Shown: positions 7,403 to 15,259 of the stretch, one piece after another | Position numbering within the stretch: the stretch's first letter is position 1 | Layout of the letters: the number at the start of each line of letters is the position of its first letter | Virus record (IMG/VR): IMGVR_UViG_3300026534_000004 | Location: 1 to 43,483 of that record | Origin: a virus | Taxonomy: Duplodnaviria; Caudoviricetes | Strand: one strand, 5' to 3' | Length of the DNA: 43,483 bases | The notes under the pieces: model-generated | Database searches by the model: none | What the model was told of the DNA's origin: nothing | Seen by the model: the letters and a program-made list of their open reading frames with translations, nothing else | Translations under genes and position numbers: made by a program

Positions 7403-8233
7403 TCATTCCCCTCCTGCCAGCATCATCCATGCTGCTGCCGCTTGCAGCGGGACTTGGCCGTTACCGAGTGCCCTTATCCTGTCCACCCGATTGGCCACCC
7501 CATCAGCCATTCGACCCACTCCGGGTTCAGCCGTCCACCAGGCCGGACGATGCCCGCAGCGGGGTCGTTCAGTTGCCTCCTTCGCTGTCCTGGATTGCCA
7601 GCCGTTCTCCAGCAGCCCGCGTCCGGGGTTGGCCACATGGTTGCAGCCGCTGCCAGTAGCGGACGCCCATGGCTTGAGTTGCCCGCCATACTCCCAATCC
7701 CCTGCCTCGCCGTTGTCGCTGTCGGTGTCGGAAGCAGCCCGGCTTGCCAGGCACCACCATCGAGCGCGTAGGTGCGGGGCACCAATTGCGGAAGCTGGTA
7801 GCACGCACCATCGAGCGTCATACCCCATGGCGGCCAAGTCTCCAAGCACTCTGCCGAGTCCTCGAACAGTGATTGCTGGGGAGTTCTCCAGGAATATGTA
7901 TCGTGGTTGAATTTCGCCAGCCACCCGGACGACTTCCGACCAAAGGCCTGAGCGCTCGCCGTCAATGCCTGCCCCAGCTCCGGCGACTGAAATATCTTGG
8001 CAAGGGAATCCCGCATGGATGCAATCCACTCGTCCATTCCAGTCGGATGGGTTGAACAATCGGATATCTCCCTCCCACACGTGCAATTCAGGAAACCATC
8101 CATCAGATGCCCTTTTTCTCAGAACTTCGCAGCAAAATTTGTCATATTCGACAGCGCAAATTGGTTGATGGCCGAGAATTAAATCTGCTAACAAGCCTCC
8201 CCCGGCCCCGGCGAATAAGTGCATAGTCTTCAC
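7403..8233 (-). CDS. DNA cytosine-5 methyltransferase (alpha polypeptide)
   Basis: Motif I LFAGAGG, IV GFPCQD, VI ENS, VIII HLRARWW, X ALGNGQVP. Confidence 0.92.
   Translation of the reverse strand: MKTMHLFAGAGGGLLADLILGHQPICAVEYDKFCCEVLRKRASDGWFPELHVWEGDIRLFNPSDWNGRVDCIHAGFPCQDISVAGAGAGIDGERSGLWSEVVRVAGEIQPRYIFLENSPAITVRGLGRVLGDLAAMGYDARWCVLPASAIGAPHLRARWWCLASRAASDTDSDNGEAGDWEYGGQLKPWASATGSGCNHVANPGRGLLENGWQSRTAKEATERPRCGHRPAWWTAEPGVGRMADGVANRVDRIRALGNGQVPLQAAAAWMMLAGGE
7474..8103 (-). CDS. Nested alternative-frame ORF, putative MTase beta polypeptide carrying motif IX
   Basis: 209-codon open frame inside the MTase ending RLNPEWVEWLMGWPIGWT, with PTP repeats; start uncertain. Confidence 0.65.
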   Translation of the reverse strand: MDGFLNCTCGREISDCSTHPTGMDEWIASMRDSLAKIFQSPELGQALTASAQAFGRKSSGWLAKFNHDTYSWRTPQQSLFEDSAECLETWPPWGMTLDGACYQLPQLVPRTYALDGGAWQAGLLPTPTATTARQGIGSMAGNSSHGRPLLAAAATMWPTPDAGCWRTAGNPGQRRRQLNDPAAGIVRPGGRLNPEWVEWLMGWPIGWTG

Positions 8234-8259
8234 GCTGGTTTGCTCCGTAGCACTTTATG

Positions 8260-8451
8260 TTATTGCCCCTTCATTCTTTTGAGCCATCGCGTGCGCGCCG
8301 CCTTGCACCATCGGCACATGCGATAGGTGAACCGAAACGCCTCGATGGGCTCGTCTTGGTGCGGTGGATAAAGCGGCCCGATGATCTCGTCGATAACGAT
8401 CTCTCCTGGGCGTTTCCAGCAGTTCTCACATAAATCAGAACGGGATGTCAT
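8260..8451 (-). CDS. Small CxxC-containing hypothetical protein
   Basis: [11 protein letters not shown]...MCRWC; overlaps the end of ssb. Confidence 0.55.
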   Translation of the reverse strand: MTSRSDLCENCWKRPGEIVIDEIIGPLYPPHQDEPIEAFRFTYRMCRWCKAARTRWLKRMKGQ

Positions 8452-8839
8452 CGTCAAAATCCTGCGGCCCAGGTTGTTGCACCGGCTGCTGGGCGTTTCC
8501 GCGGCTGTCGAGCATCTGCATCTCGCTGGCAACGATCTCGGTGGTGTAGCGGTCGCTGCCGTCCTGGGCCTGCCACTTGCGGGTGCGCAGGCTGCCCTCG
8601 ATGTAAACCCTGTCTCCCTTGCCCAGGTACTGCCCGGCGATTTCCGCCAGGCGGTTGAAGAAAACCACCGTGTGCCACTCTGTGCGCTCCTGCTTCTCCC
8701 CGGTGTTTTTGTCCTTCCAGGTGTCCGATGTGGCAATCCTGATGTTCGTCACTGCCATCCCGGTGCTTGTGGCCCGCTGCTCCGGGTCCGCCCCCAGGTT
8801 GCCGATGAGAATGACCTTGTTGACGCCTCTGCTTGCCAT
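8435..8839 (-). CDS. ssb: Single-stranded DNA-binding protein
   Basis: [20 protein letters not shown]...DFDDDIPF. Confidence 0.97.
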   Translation of the reverse strand: MASRGVNKVILIGNLGADPEQRATSTGMAVTNIRIATSDTWKDKNTGEKQERTEWHTVVFFNRLAEIAGQYLGKGDRVYIEGSLRTRKWQAQDGSDRYTTEIVASEMQMLDSRGNAQQPVQQPGPQDFDDDIPF

Positions 8840-9219
8840 TACCGCTCCTCGTCGATGTCGATGTCAGTGACAGGGCAATTCGGCGCGTGCTTGCCGGCCG
8901 GCCAGTCTTTACATGTCGCGGCACAGATGCTGCGCGCCCAATCTTCGATATGATTGAGTCGGTCGGCCATCTGTTCTAGCAAAACGGCCATTTCCGTGGC
9001 TGCGGCCATGAGACGTGCGTTTGCAGCTTGTTCTTTATTGCCTATGCGGTAACTGCCCGTTGAGGCGATTACGGTTGAGCGACACGAATCCGCGATAGGC
9101 ACCTCAAAACATGCTTGCGCATACACGCCGCCGTTGGCCACTTTCCATGGTTTTGGTGTTGTGCTGTTACGCAAAGACGCAAGTTCGCGTGCGCGTTTAA
9201 TCAGCTCGTCGTTGTTCAT
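8839..9219 (-). CDS. Phage hypothetical protein (Ead/Ea22-like N-terminus)
   Basis: TTPKPWKV...ANARLMAAA pattern; coupled to both neighbours. Confidence 0.6.
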   Translation of the reverse strand: MNNDELIKRARELASLRNSTTPKPWKVANGGVYAQACFEVPIADSCRSTVIASTGSYRIGNKEQAANARLMAAATEMAVLLEQMADRLNHIEDWARSICAATCKDWPAGKHAPNCPVTDIDIDEER

Positions 9220-9296
9220 TTCAACCTCGCCAACGGTGATGCCAGGAACGCAAGGATCGCGGCGCAGATCAACAGGATCAGTCCCACGGTGTTCAT
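9216..9296 (-). CDS. 26-aa hydrophobic membrane peptide
   Basis: [26 protein letters not shown] with GGAG RBS and ATGA overlap with the next gene; not in the ORF track. Confidence 0.6.
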   Translation of the reverse strand: MNTVGLILLICAAILAFLASPLARLK

Positions 9297-9308
9297 GACG
9301 ATCTCCAC
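9284..9308. repeat. 25-bp direct repeat, copy 2
   Basis: Identical to 7326-7350. Confidence 0.9.
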
Positions 9309-9338
9309 CCGCTCTTCCCCGGTGCCGTACCGGCAGGA

Positions 9339-9630
9339 CAGGGCGCCGAAAATGGCGGCGATCCGCCGGCTGGCCTGGTTTGATAGAGCGCCCCATGCTT
9401 TTGGACTTCTTGGTCCCCGCCGCTACCGGTTTCTACGTTTTACAGCGATTCGGACCTAGCGGTTTCAGTCCTAGCGGTCTACCAGGCGCGTATATGACGC
9501 ATCAGCCGGCGTCTCGCCATAAACTGTTGCCCTGCATCGAACGGCCGGGCCAGCCGCACGTGGTCGCGTCGATGCTCGCCACCCGTTTTCCCTGGCCAGC
9601 GGGTCACTGGTAGAGGTGCGCCAGGGCGCC
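9339..9630 (-). ncRNA. Putative structured non-coding RNA/leader 3' of tRNA-Thr
   Basis: Nested complementary pairs 9529-34/9339-44, 9515-20/9352-57, 9503-11/9364-72, 9481-87/9373-79, 9472-77/9420-25; separate stem 9534-40/9569-75; no convincing ORF. Confidence 0.45.
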
Positions 9631-9634
9631 GTGG

Positions 9635-9710
9635 TGGAGCCACCGCGGAGAGTCGAACTCCGAACCGACTGAGTACAAAACAGCTGCTCTGCCATTTGAG
9701 CTACGGTGGC
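9635..9710 (-). tRNA. Phage tRNA-Thr(TGT)
   Basis: GCCACCG acceptor stem, D arm, GCTGT-TTTGTAC-TCAGT anticodon arm, CGGAG-TTCGACT-CTCCG T arm, TCCA end. Confidence 0.88.
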
Positions 9711-9770
9711 GTTGTGATTCATGATGCTTTTCTATGCGTCATTCCAAGCTTTTCGCGGCTTGATCTGCCA

Positions 9771-10733
9771 CTACATCTCTGCAGCCAGCTCGTCATAGGC
9801 CGCAGCCAGTTCATCGCGCTGGATCGCATCCGGAACCAGATCGATGTTAGCGGCCGCCTCATCGAGTTCGTCGCGTGTCGTGGCCCGCTGGAGCTGGTCC
9901 ATCACCTGGGCGTATGTCATGGACGGGGTCTCCAGTGCCAGCTTGCGCTGCTTGTAGGCCTCGCGGGCCTGCTTGATGTCGTCGTCATCGGTGAGCTTGC
10001 CGGCCAGGTTCGCGACGTCTGACAGGGCTCGCATGTCGTCGGCTTTCGAGATGGCTTTCAGTACGTCCTGCAGCTCGACCGGTTGGATGTCGGCCTTGGA
10101 TTTGCGCTTGTCTGCCAGAGCGGCTTTGACGCGGCTCTTGCGGGATTTTTTGGTGGCTTTCTCCACAACCTCCGCGTCGCCCATGTCTCGCGGAATATCC
10201 TGCGCCTCTTCAGCAATGTAGATGCCTTTCAGCACGTCGGGGAACACGTCGCGCAGTGCCCAGGCGCGGGCGCGCATCTGTAGCATGCGCTTTGGATATT
10301 GCTTCCATGGGCCGGGCTTCCCGGCCAGTCCGGCGCGCTTGGCGTCCTCCATCGTGAAGGTGCGGGTTACCGGCTCTTCACCGCGGCGTTTAACGGTGCA
10401 GCTTGCAACCTCGCCGTTCTCGCCGATGTTCTCCTCGATGGACTCCAGCAGCCCGGAGCCGCGCACCAGGGCGATCATGGCGTCTCCCCAGATGGATGGG
10501 AGGCCATTGATCACAGCGATGTTCTGCATTGCCTGGAGCGGCGGAAGGCCGATCTCGGCGCCCCATTGGACAGCCACCAGCACGTTGCCTGGGTTGCCCT
10601 GGTAGTCTTTCGGCACGATACTGGACTTGGCCAGGATCTCGGAGAAACGCAGAGCCTCATCGAGGGTCTGCGGAGTCAGATTGGACAGGGTCTTATGTTC
10701 ACTCTTCTCGGCCAGTGTCGTGATATTGGACAT
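9771..10733 (-). CDS. RecT-family single-strand annealing recombinase
   Basis: VPKDYQGNPGN, QAMQNIAVING.PSIWGD, PWKQYPKRMLQMRAR..ALRDVFPDVL; adjacent to YqaJ. Confidence 0.85.
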   Translation of the reverse strand: MSNITTLAEKSEHKTLSNLTPQTLDEALRFSEILAKSSIVPKDYQGNPGNVLVAVQWGAEIGLPPLQAMQNIAVINGLPSIWGDAMIALVRGSGLLESIEENIGENGEVASCTVKRRGEEPVTRTFTMEDAKRAGLAGKPGPWKQYPKRMLQMRARAWALRDVFPDVLKGIYIAEEAQDIPRDMGDAEVVEKATKKSRKSRVKAALADKRKSKADIQPVELQDVLKAISKADDMRALSDVANLAGKLTDDDDIKQAREAYKQRKLALETPSMTYAQVMDQLQRATTRDELDEAAANIDLVPDAIQRDELAAAYDELAAEM

Positions 10734-11748
10734 GCTCAATCTCCTTCTTCTTGAGGCGCAGCACACGCGCGCCCGGTTTCTCGGTGGTGTGCCGCTCGAT
10801 CACTTCCTGCGGCGGTTTTAGTTCGGCGACGATCGCCTTCCAGTCCGTGCGGCGGCTTGGCTTGTTCTGCTTCCAAGTGGCCAGCACGCGGCCTTTGTAC
10901 TCGATGGCCTCGGCGTCCTGCGCGGCGCGGAACACAGTCATCTTGCGCTGCTTGACGATCTCTTCCAGGTCTTTGATCTCGGCCTTGAGCCGCGCGATGT
11001 CGGCCAGGGCTTCGGCCACCGTCACGTCTACGGCAACGGTTTTTCCGGCTGTGTGCGATCGCCAGATTCGGCGGCACTCGTCAGCAGTGGACGGCTCCGG
11101 CGGCATGTCGGCCTCAATGTGCTCGCGCCACCAAGTGCTAGCTGTCTCCAGCAGGTCGTCGAACAACTCGCGGTCGGCCTCGACAGTGTAGATGCAGTGC
11201 TCCCGCCCGCCGAATAACACGGCCAGGTCGCCGACAGTGGCCCCGGTAATACCGAGGTACCACTGCACCTGCAGCCAGCAGTGTTCCGGCACCTCGTCGG
11301 TGCCCGGCTCGCCCCATTCGTCCGAGCGGTTGCGGGCCAGAGCGTGGGCCGTTTTGCACTCCAGGATGCGATCGGTGGTCAGCCGGTGACCGTCGTTCAG
11401 CACCCGCACCCGCTTGGCGATCTCGGGGTTGATGACGGCGCGGTCGATGTTGGCCAGGGCCGGCGTGCCGGGGATGTGCAGGGTGAAGTTCACCCGCTGC
11501 ACACGCTGGTCGGTCACCTCGGCATAGCGTCGAGCAACCAGATCCTCGAGTGCGTGCCCCCAGTACGCAGCCTCCTCATTGATAGTGGTCTCGGTTTGCC
11601 GGCCGGTCTTGTTTAGGTACACGTCCAGCGGCGTGCGCCAGGGGTTCAGGCCGAGGATGGCGCTGATGTCGGTGCCGCCAATGCCCCGGCGGCGGACGTT
11701 CAGCCACTCATTACGGTTGTTGGTCTTTATGGCTTTGGCAGTGCTCAT
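10699..11748 (-). CDS. YqaJ-like viral recombination exonuclease
   Basis: WLNVRRRGIGGTDI, ANIDR, ILECKT, QVQWY motifs. Confidence 0.92.
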   Translation of the reverse strand: MSTAKAIKTNNRNEWLNVRRRGIGGTDISAILGLNPWRTPLDVYLNKTGRQTETTINEEAAYWGHALEDLVARRYAEVTDQRVQRVNFTLHIPGTPALANIDRAVINPEIAKRVRVLNDGHRLTTDRILECKTAHALARNRSDEWGEPGTDEVPEHCWLQVQWYLGITGATVGDLAVLFGGREHCIYTVEADRELFDDLLETASTWWREHIEADMPPEPSTADECRRIWRSHTAGKTVAVDVTVAEALADIARLKAEIKDLEEIVKQRKMTVFRAAQDAEAIEYKGRVLATWKQNKPSRRTDWKAIVAELKPPQEVIERHTTEKPGARVLRLKKKEIEHVQYHDTGREE

Positions 11749-12035
11749 GCTGCGTCCCTCCGAAACCACATATAGGGCTGCTCGGCGACTCGGTTCATGT
11801 AGGGGATCGCCATTCCGAGGATGAGCCTTCCAAGCATCTCTTCATCCTCGTTGAGGATGGCGTCCGCAATGGCGATCACGGATTGTCGTTCCCCGCCGCT
11901 TTCCCAATTCGGGACAGCATCGGGGCCGATTGCCTCCCAAATCGCCCCGGAAATCGCCAAAAAAACATGGTGATCGTCTGTTTCCATCATGCGCTCGATG
12001 AGCTCACATGCTTTGTCTGACAGCTCTTCTTTCAT
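11745..12035 (-). CDS. Hypothetical protein
   Basis: MKEELSDK..., GAGG RBS, ATGA-coupled on both sides. Confidence 0.6.
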   Translation of the reverse strand: MKEELSDKACELIERMMETDDHHVFLAISGAIWEAIGPDAVPNWESGGERQSVIAIADAILNEDEEMLGRLILGMAIPYMNRVAEQPYMWFRRDAA

Positions 12036-12133
12036 TCGTCCTCTCCCATTCCGAATTCGATGGCCATGCCGACGACGAGCGTGACGATGCCGCCGATCAC
12101 CAACCATGCGATGGCGACGGCTAAAAAAAACAT
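12032..12133 (-). CDS. 33-aa single-TM peptide
   Basis: MFFLAVAIAWLVIGGIVTLVVGMAIEFGMGEDE; GGAGG RBS; coupled to neighbours. Confidence 0.55.
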   Translation of the reverse strand: MFFLAVAIAWLVIGGIVTLVVGMAIEFGMGEDE

Positions 12134-12396
12134 CACGCTGCCTCCGTTGGATCTGCGTTCAACTGACGATGGGCGCGGTATTCGTCGATCTGAACCACTT
12201 TGGCGCGTCTGCGCGCCTCCATGGCCCGACGCTGATCTCGAATCTCGAGAATTCGACGCCAGATTCCGTTCGGCGCCAGGCTGGGCCAGCGTCCCTGGGT
12301 TTTGAACATCCGTTTTGCCCACGCGATCCTCCTTTCAATGTTTCGTTCTTTTTCCTCTGCTGCTCGTTGCAGCTCACTGGATGGTCGATAGTTCAT
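12133..12396 (-). CDS. Basic hypothetical protein, first gene of the PL operon
   Basis: MNYRPSSE..., GGAGG RBS, Arg-rich. Confidence 0.6.
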   Translation of the reverse strand: MNYRPSSELQRAAEEKERNIERRIAWAKRMFKTQGRWPSLAPNGIWRRILEIRDQRRAMEARRRAKVVQIDEYRAHRQLNADPTEAA

Positions 12397-12439
12397 GGTT
12401 TCCTCCGTCGTTGCCCGCCGTAATGGCGGTGTTGAAGGA

Positions 12440-12482
12440 AGATTAGCAACTAAAAGTTGCCATGTCAACAACCGAAAGTTGC
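12440..12482 (-). promoter_or_regulatory. PL-like promoter with two repressor operators
   Basis: TTGACA-17-TAATCT; operators GCAACTAAAAGTTGC (12446-60) and ACAACCGAAAGTTGC (12468-82). Confidence 0.82.
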
Positions 12483-12539
12483 AGCATTATGCGGTATAAC
12501 TTCATAATCACGATCAATTCACGGAAATAGGAGGGAAGG

Positions 12540-13325
12540 ATGCGCATTCCAAAGCTGGTGTCGCAGCGCCTGAGGGAAGAGGTCCCACGATTTCAGAAAG
12601 TGTTGGCCGAGGCGCGTTCGCGGGATGTGAACGAGGCCGACACCGTCATCATCGTCACCGACATTCTCGAGCGCGTCTTCGGGCTCGACAAATACACCGA
12701 AGTAACACGCGAATACGCAATCAAGGGGACCTATGTCGATCTCGCGGTGAAAATCGACGATTCGCTGCAGTATCTCATCGAGGTCAAGGCCATCGGCATG
12801 GACCTGCGTCACAACCACCTGCGTCAGGCGGTGGATTATGCGGCGAAGGAGGGCGTCAAGTGGGTGGTGCTCACCAATGGCGTCGATTGGGAGGTGCACC
12901 GTGTCGATGTGGCCGGGCAGGTCTCCAATGAACAAGTTGTCCAGTTCAACTTTCTGGAGCTTTCGATGCGCCGGCAGGAGGATCAGGAATTGCTGTTTCT
13001 GCTGTGCCGCAAGGGCCTCGATAAAGACCTGATGGACGAGTTCTATGAGCGGCAGCAGGCATGCAATCGCTTCATGATCGGTGCACTTGTCTGTGGCGAC
13101 GACGTGGCCGCGCTGGTGCGGCGTCAGCTACGCGCCATCACGCCGGGTCTCAAGGTGAGCCTGGACGAAGTGAAGGAGATCATTCGCAACGAAGTGGTCA
13201 AACGCGACATCACAGAGAGCGAGCCTGGGGTTCAAGCTCACAGAAAAGTCGCCCGGCAATTGGCGAGGCTCAAAAAGGACCGGGAGCTCCGCAAACAAGC
13301 GGCCGAGCCTTCTCAAGAGGCGTGA
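12540..13325 (+). CDS. Stand-alone HsdR N-terminal-like PD-(D/E)XK nuclease
   Basis: NEADT, VDLAV, IEVKA, QAVDYA, VLTNG motifs. Confidence 0.8.
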   Translation: MRIPKLVSQRLREEVPRFQKVLAEARSRDVNEADTVIIVTDILERVFGLDKYTEVTREYAIKGTYVDLAVKIDDSLQYLIEVKAIGMDLRHNHLRQAVDYAAKEGVKWVVLTNGVDWEVHRVDVAGQVSNEQVVQFNFLELSMRRQEDQELLFLLCRKGLDKDLMDEFYERQQACNRFMIGALVCGDDVAALVRRQLRAITPGLKVSLDEVKEIIRNEVVKRDITESEPGVQAHRKVARQLARLKKDRELRKQAAEPSQEA

Positions 13326-13380
13326 GCGTTCATTCCAAATCCACCACCACCTGCCGCACCAGTGTTGACTAGCGATGTTG

Positions 13381-14307
13381 TCAACCGTCCTCGCCTGGAG
13401 GATGCAAATTGTATTTCTTGATCACATTGCCGCTGACCGGATCAATATAGGTCGTTTCGGTAACACACAGCGTCACACTCTGTCCAATTCGGAGATCGGC
13501 AATCAATTCAGGATGACGTCTGTCGAAGCGGATCCTCGCCGTTCCTTCCTGTGTTCGCAGCTCGATTCGTCCCGTTGCAGCCAACAAGGCCACTTCGCCG
13601 GAAAGTTCAACTTGCTGTTCGGCAGGCTCTTCCACCGCCTCAAGTGCAACTCGCAACGTGGCCATTTGCGGCACAGTGGCCGACCAGTGGTAATGCTTGC
13701 CATCAGGACTGTCCCAGGAGAACTCGCAGGCCAACGATTCGCCTTCCATGGCCTCGATCAGCGCGGCAAGGCTTTTGCCGGCCCGAATACCGATGTTGTG
13801 CAGTTTTTCAATGAAGTCGCTGGTTGGCGCATTCAAAATCTCGAACAGGGCGGACAAAGCGTCCTGTACCGGCGAGTCGCCAGCCAGATCCGGCGCAACG
13901 TTCGCCGTGAGGATCATGCGCGAAGAACCGTGTGCCAATCCGGCCAAGCGCAAATCGATCATATCAGCCCACTCCCTGGGGACATGGTGAGCATCATGCT
14001 GATGGCGCAGCTTGTACGAGGCATACAACACTAGCTTGTTCAGCGGTTCTGCCAACTTGGCCACCAGATGCAGCGGCATGGAGGTATTCAGCACCTTCTG
14101 TCCGGCCAACCGCAGCTCGAAAATCTCTTTTCTGCGCCGTGCCTGCTCGATCTCGAGCGCGCGCTGAAGCTCCTGCAGGCGATCTTCCCAGGACGCCTTG
14201 AAGAAGGCGCGTGTGTGGTCTTCAAGGTCCTGGCGTTCTTCGTCATATCCGGCCATCAGGCCGCGGACGGTTTCGATTTCAGACTGAAGTTCCGCAATAC
14301 GATTCAT
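13381..14307 (-). CDS. Hypothetical protein coupled to the nucleotidyltransferase
   Basis: 308 aa with N-terminal coiled coil and beta-rich C-terminus; ATGA overlap with the upstream NTase. Confidence 0.75.
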   Translation of the reverse strand: MNRIAELQSEIETVRGLMAGYDEERQDLEDHTRAFFKASWEDRLQELQRALEIEQARRRKEIFELRLAGQKVLNTSMPLHLVAKLAEPLNKLVLYASYKLRHQHDAHHVPREWADMIDLRLAGLAHGSSRMILTANVAPDLAGDSPVQDALSALFEILNAPTSDFIEKLHNIGIRAGKSLAALIEAMEGESLACEFSWDSPDGKHYHWSATVPQMATLRVALEAVEEPAEQQVELSGEVALLAATGRIELRTQEGTARIRFDRRHPELIADLRIGQSVTLCVTETTYIDPVSGNVIKKYNLHPPGEDG

Positions 14308-14756
14308 AGCGTTACCACCGCAATGCCTTTGGGTGTTCTTCGGTCGCGGCAGAAGCCGAACAGTCCACGCCAATAAGCAAATTCTGTCTCTCTGCCGTCA
14401 TCAGGAATATAGTAGACATCGCACCCGAAGCGAAATTTGGCCTGCCGGTTGTCCAGCAACGCGCGCAGCGCGGCTTGGTTTTCGCGCGACAAGGCATTGG
14501 TTTTTCTGGCATTCAGCACCAGAAGCAAATCAACGTCGCTCGGGTTCGGTTTGGCCGTGACGTAAGAGCCGTCTATCCAGACAGAGGCCGGTATCTCAAA
14601 TTCGCAGAACGCCTCCAGAAAGGCAAGGAGGCTATCTGTCAGGTTTTCGCGGGTAGGTGACGAAACTGGCTGAAGAAAGAGTGTTTTGATCTGGTCGACG
14701 GTAATGTCGTGAAACCCAGGCGCCAGCAGCGCCGGGTAATCAGTCTTTGCTTCCAT
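14304..14756 (-). CDS. Pol-beta-superfamily nucleotidyltransferase (DUF6932-like)
   Basis: LLAPGFH, VWIDGSYVTAKPNPSDVDLL, PKGI motifs. Confidence 0.78.
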   Translation of the reverse strand: MEAKTDYPALLAPGFHDITVDQIKTLFLQPVSSPTRENLTDSLLAFLEAFCEFEIPASVWIDGSYVTAKPNPSDVDLLLVLNARKTNALSRENQAALRALLDNRQAKFRFGCDVYYIPDDGRETEFAYWRGLFGFCRDRRTPKGIAVVTL

Positions 14757-15195
14757 AGAGCGCCCTCAAGTCCTTGAGCAGCGGTTCGAGGTGTTCCAGC
14801 GCCTGCTCCGGCAGGGAGAGCAGAATATCGACCGCGTCACGGTAACGTTGCGGCGCGGTGTTGTAGCGGCTGGGAGAACGGCCAAAGAAGTCTTCTTGCC
14901 CCGGTTCCGCATTTTGGGTGTGTGATGCACTTTCTGTTTGGCGCATATCGCCGCGTCCAGTAAGCAGCCATTCACCGTTGACCCCTAGACGAATAGCAAT
15001 TTGAACGACTCTGCTGGACTTTGGAATCGACTCTCCAGCCAGCCACTTTCGCGCTGATTCTCCCGACACGTTGAACATGCGCGCCAAATTAGCGCGCCTG
15101 CCTCTTCCGCTGGGAATTCCGGCTAAGTCACATGCTTGATTCAGGCGCTCAGCGAATTGCGCCTTTTCGTCATTAACAACCATAGGTTGCACCAT
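14740..15195 (-). CDS. CI-like repressor (HTH, no S24 peptidase domain)
   Basis: FAERLNQAC...LARMFNVSGESARKWLAGESIP...LGVNGEWLLTGRG; divergent from cro. Start at 15195 or 15183. Confidence 0.85.
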   Translation of the reverse strand: MVQPMVVNDEKAQFAERLNQACDLAGIPSGRGRRANLARMFNVSGESARKWLAGESIPKSSRVVQIAIRLGVNGEWLLTGRGDMRQTESASHTQNAEPGQEDFFGRSPSRYNTAPQRYRDAVDILLSLPEQALEHLEPLLKDLRALYGSKD

Positions 15196-15252
15196 ATCGC
15201 CAGTCACGACACGTTGCAGTTGTTGACAAGTGCAACTATTGGTTGCCATACT
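15176..15252 (+). promoter_or_regulatory. OR/PR region
   Basis: Operators ACAACCATAGGTTGC (15176-90) and GCAACTATTGGTTGC (15232-46) share CAAC-N5-GTTG with OL; TTGACA-18-CATACT. Confidence 0.8.
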
Positions 15253-15259
15253 CATGCGC

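Noticed and set aside
9485-9511. CTGATG followed by a hairpin as a hammerhead ribozyme
   Set aside because: The core reads CUGAUGC rather than CUGANGA, and no GAAA follows stem II.
9585-9603. GTTTTCCCTGGCCAGCGGG resembling the 5' part of a type I-E repeat (solitary repeat/Racr)
   Set aside because: The stem is disrupted, there is no 3' handle (ATAAACCG-like), and it is antisense to the operon; worth rechecking only if RIP-seq points here.
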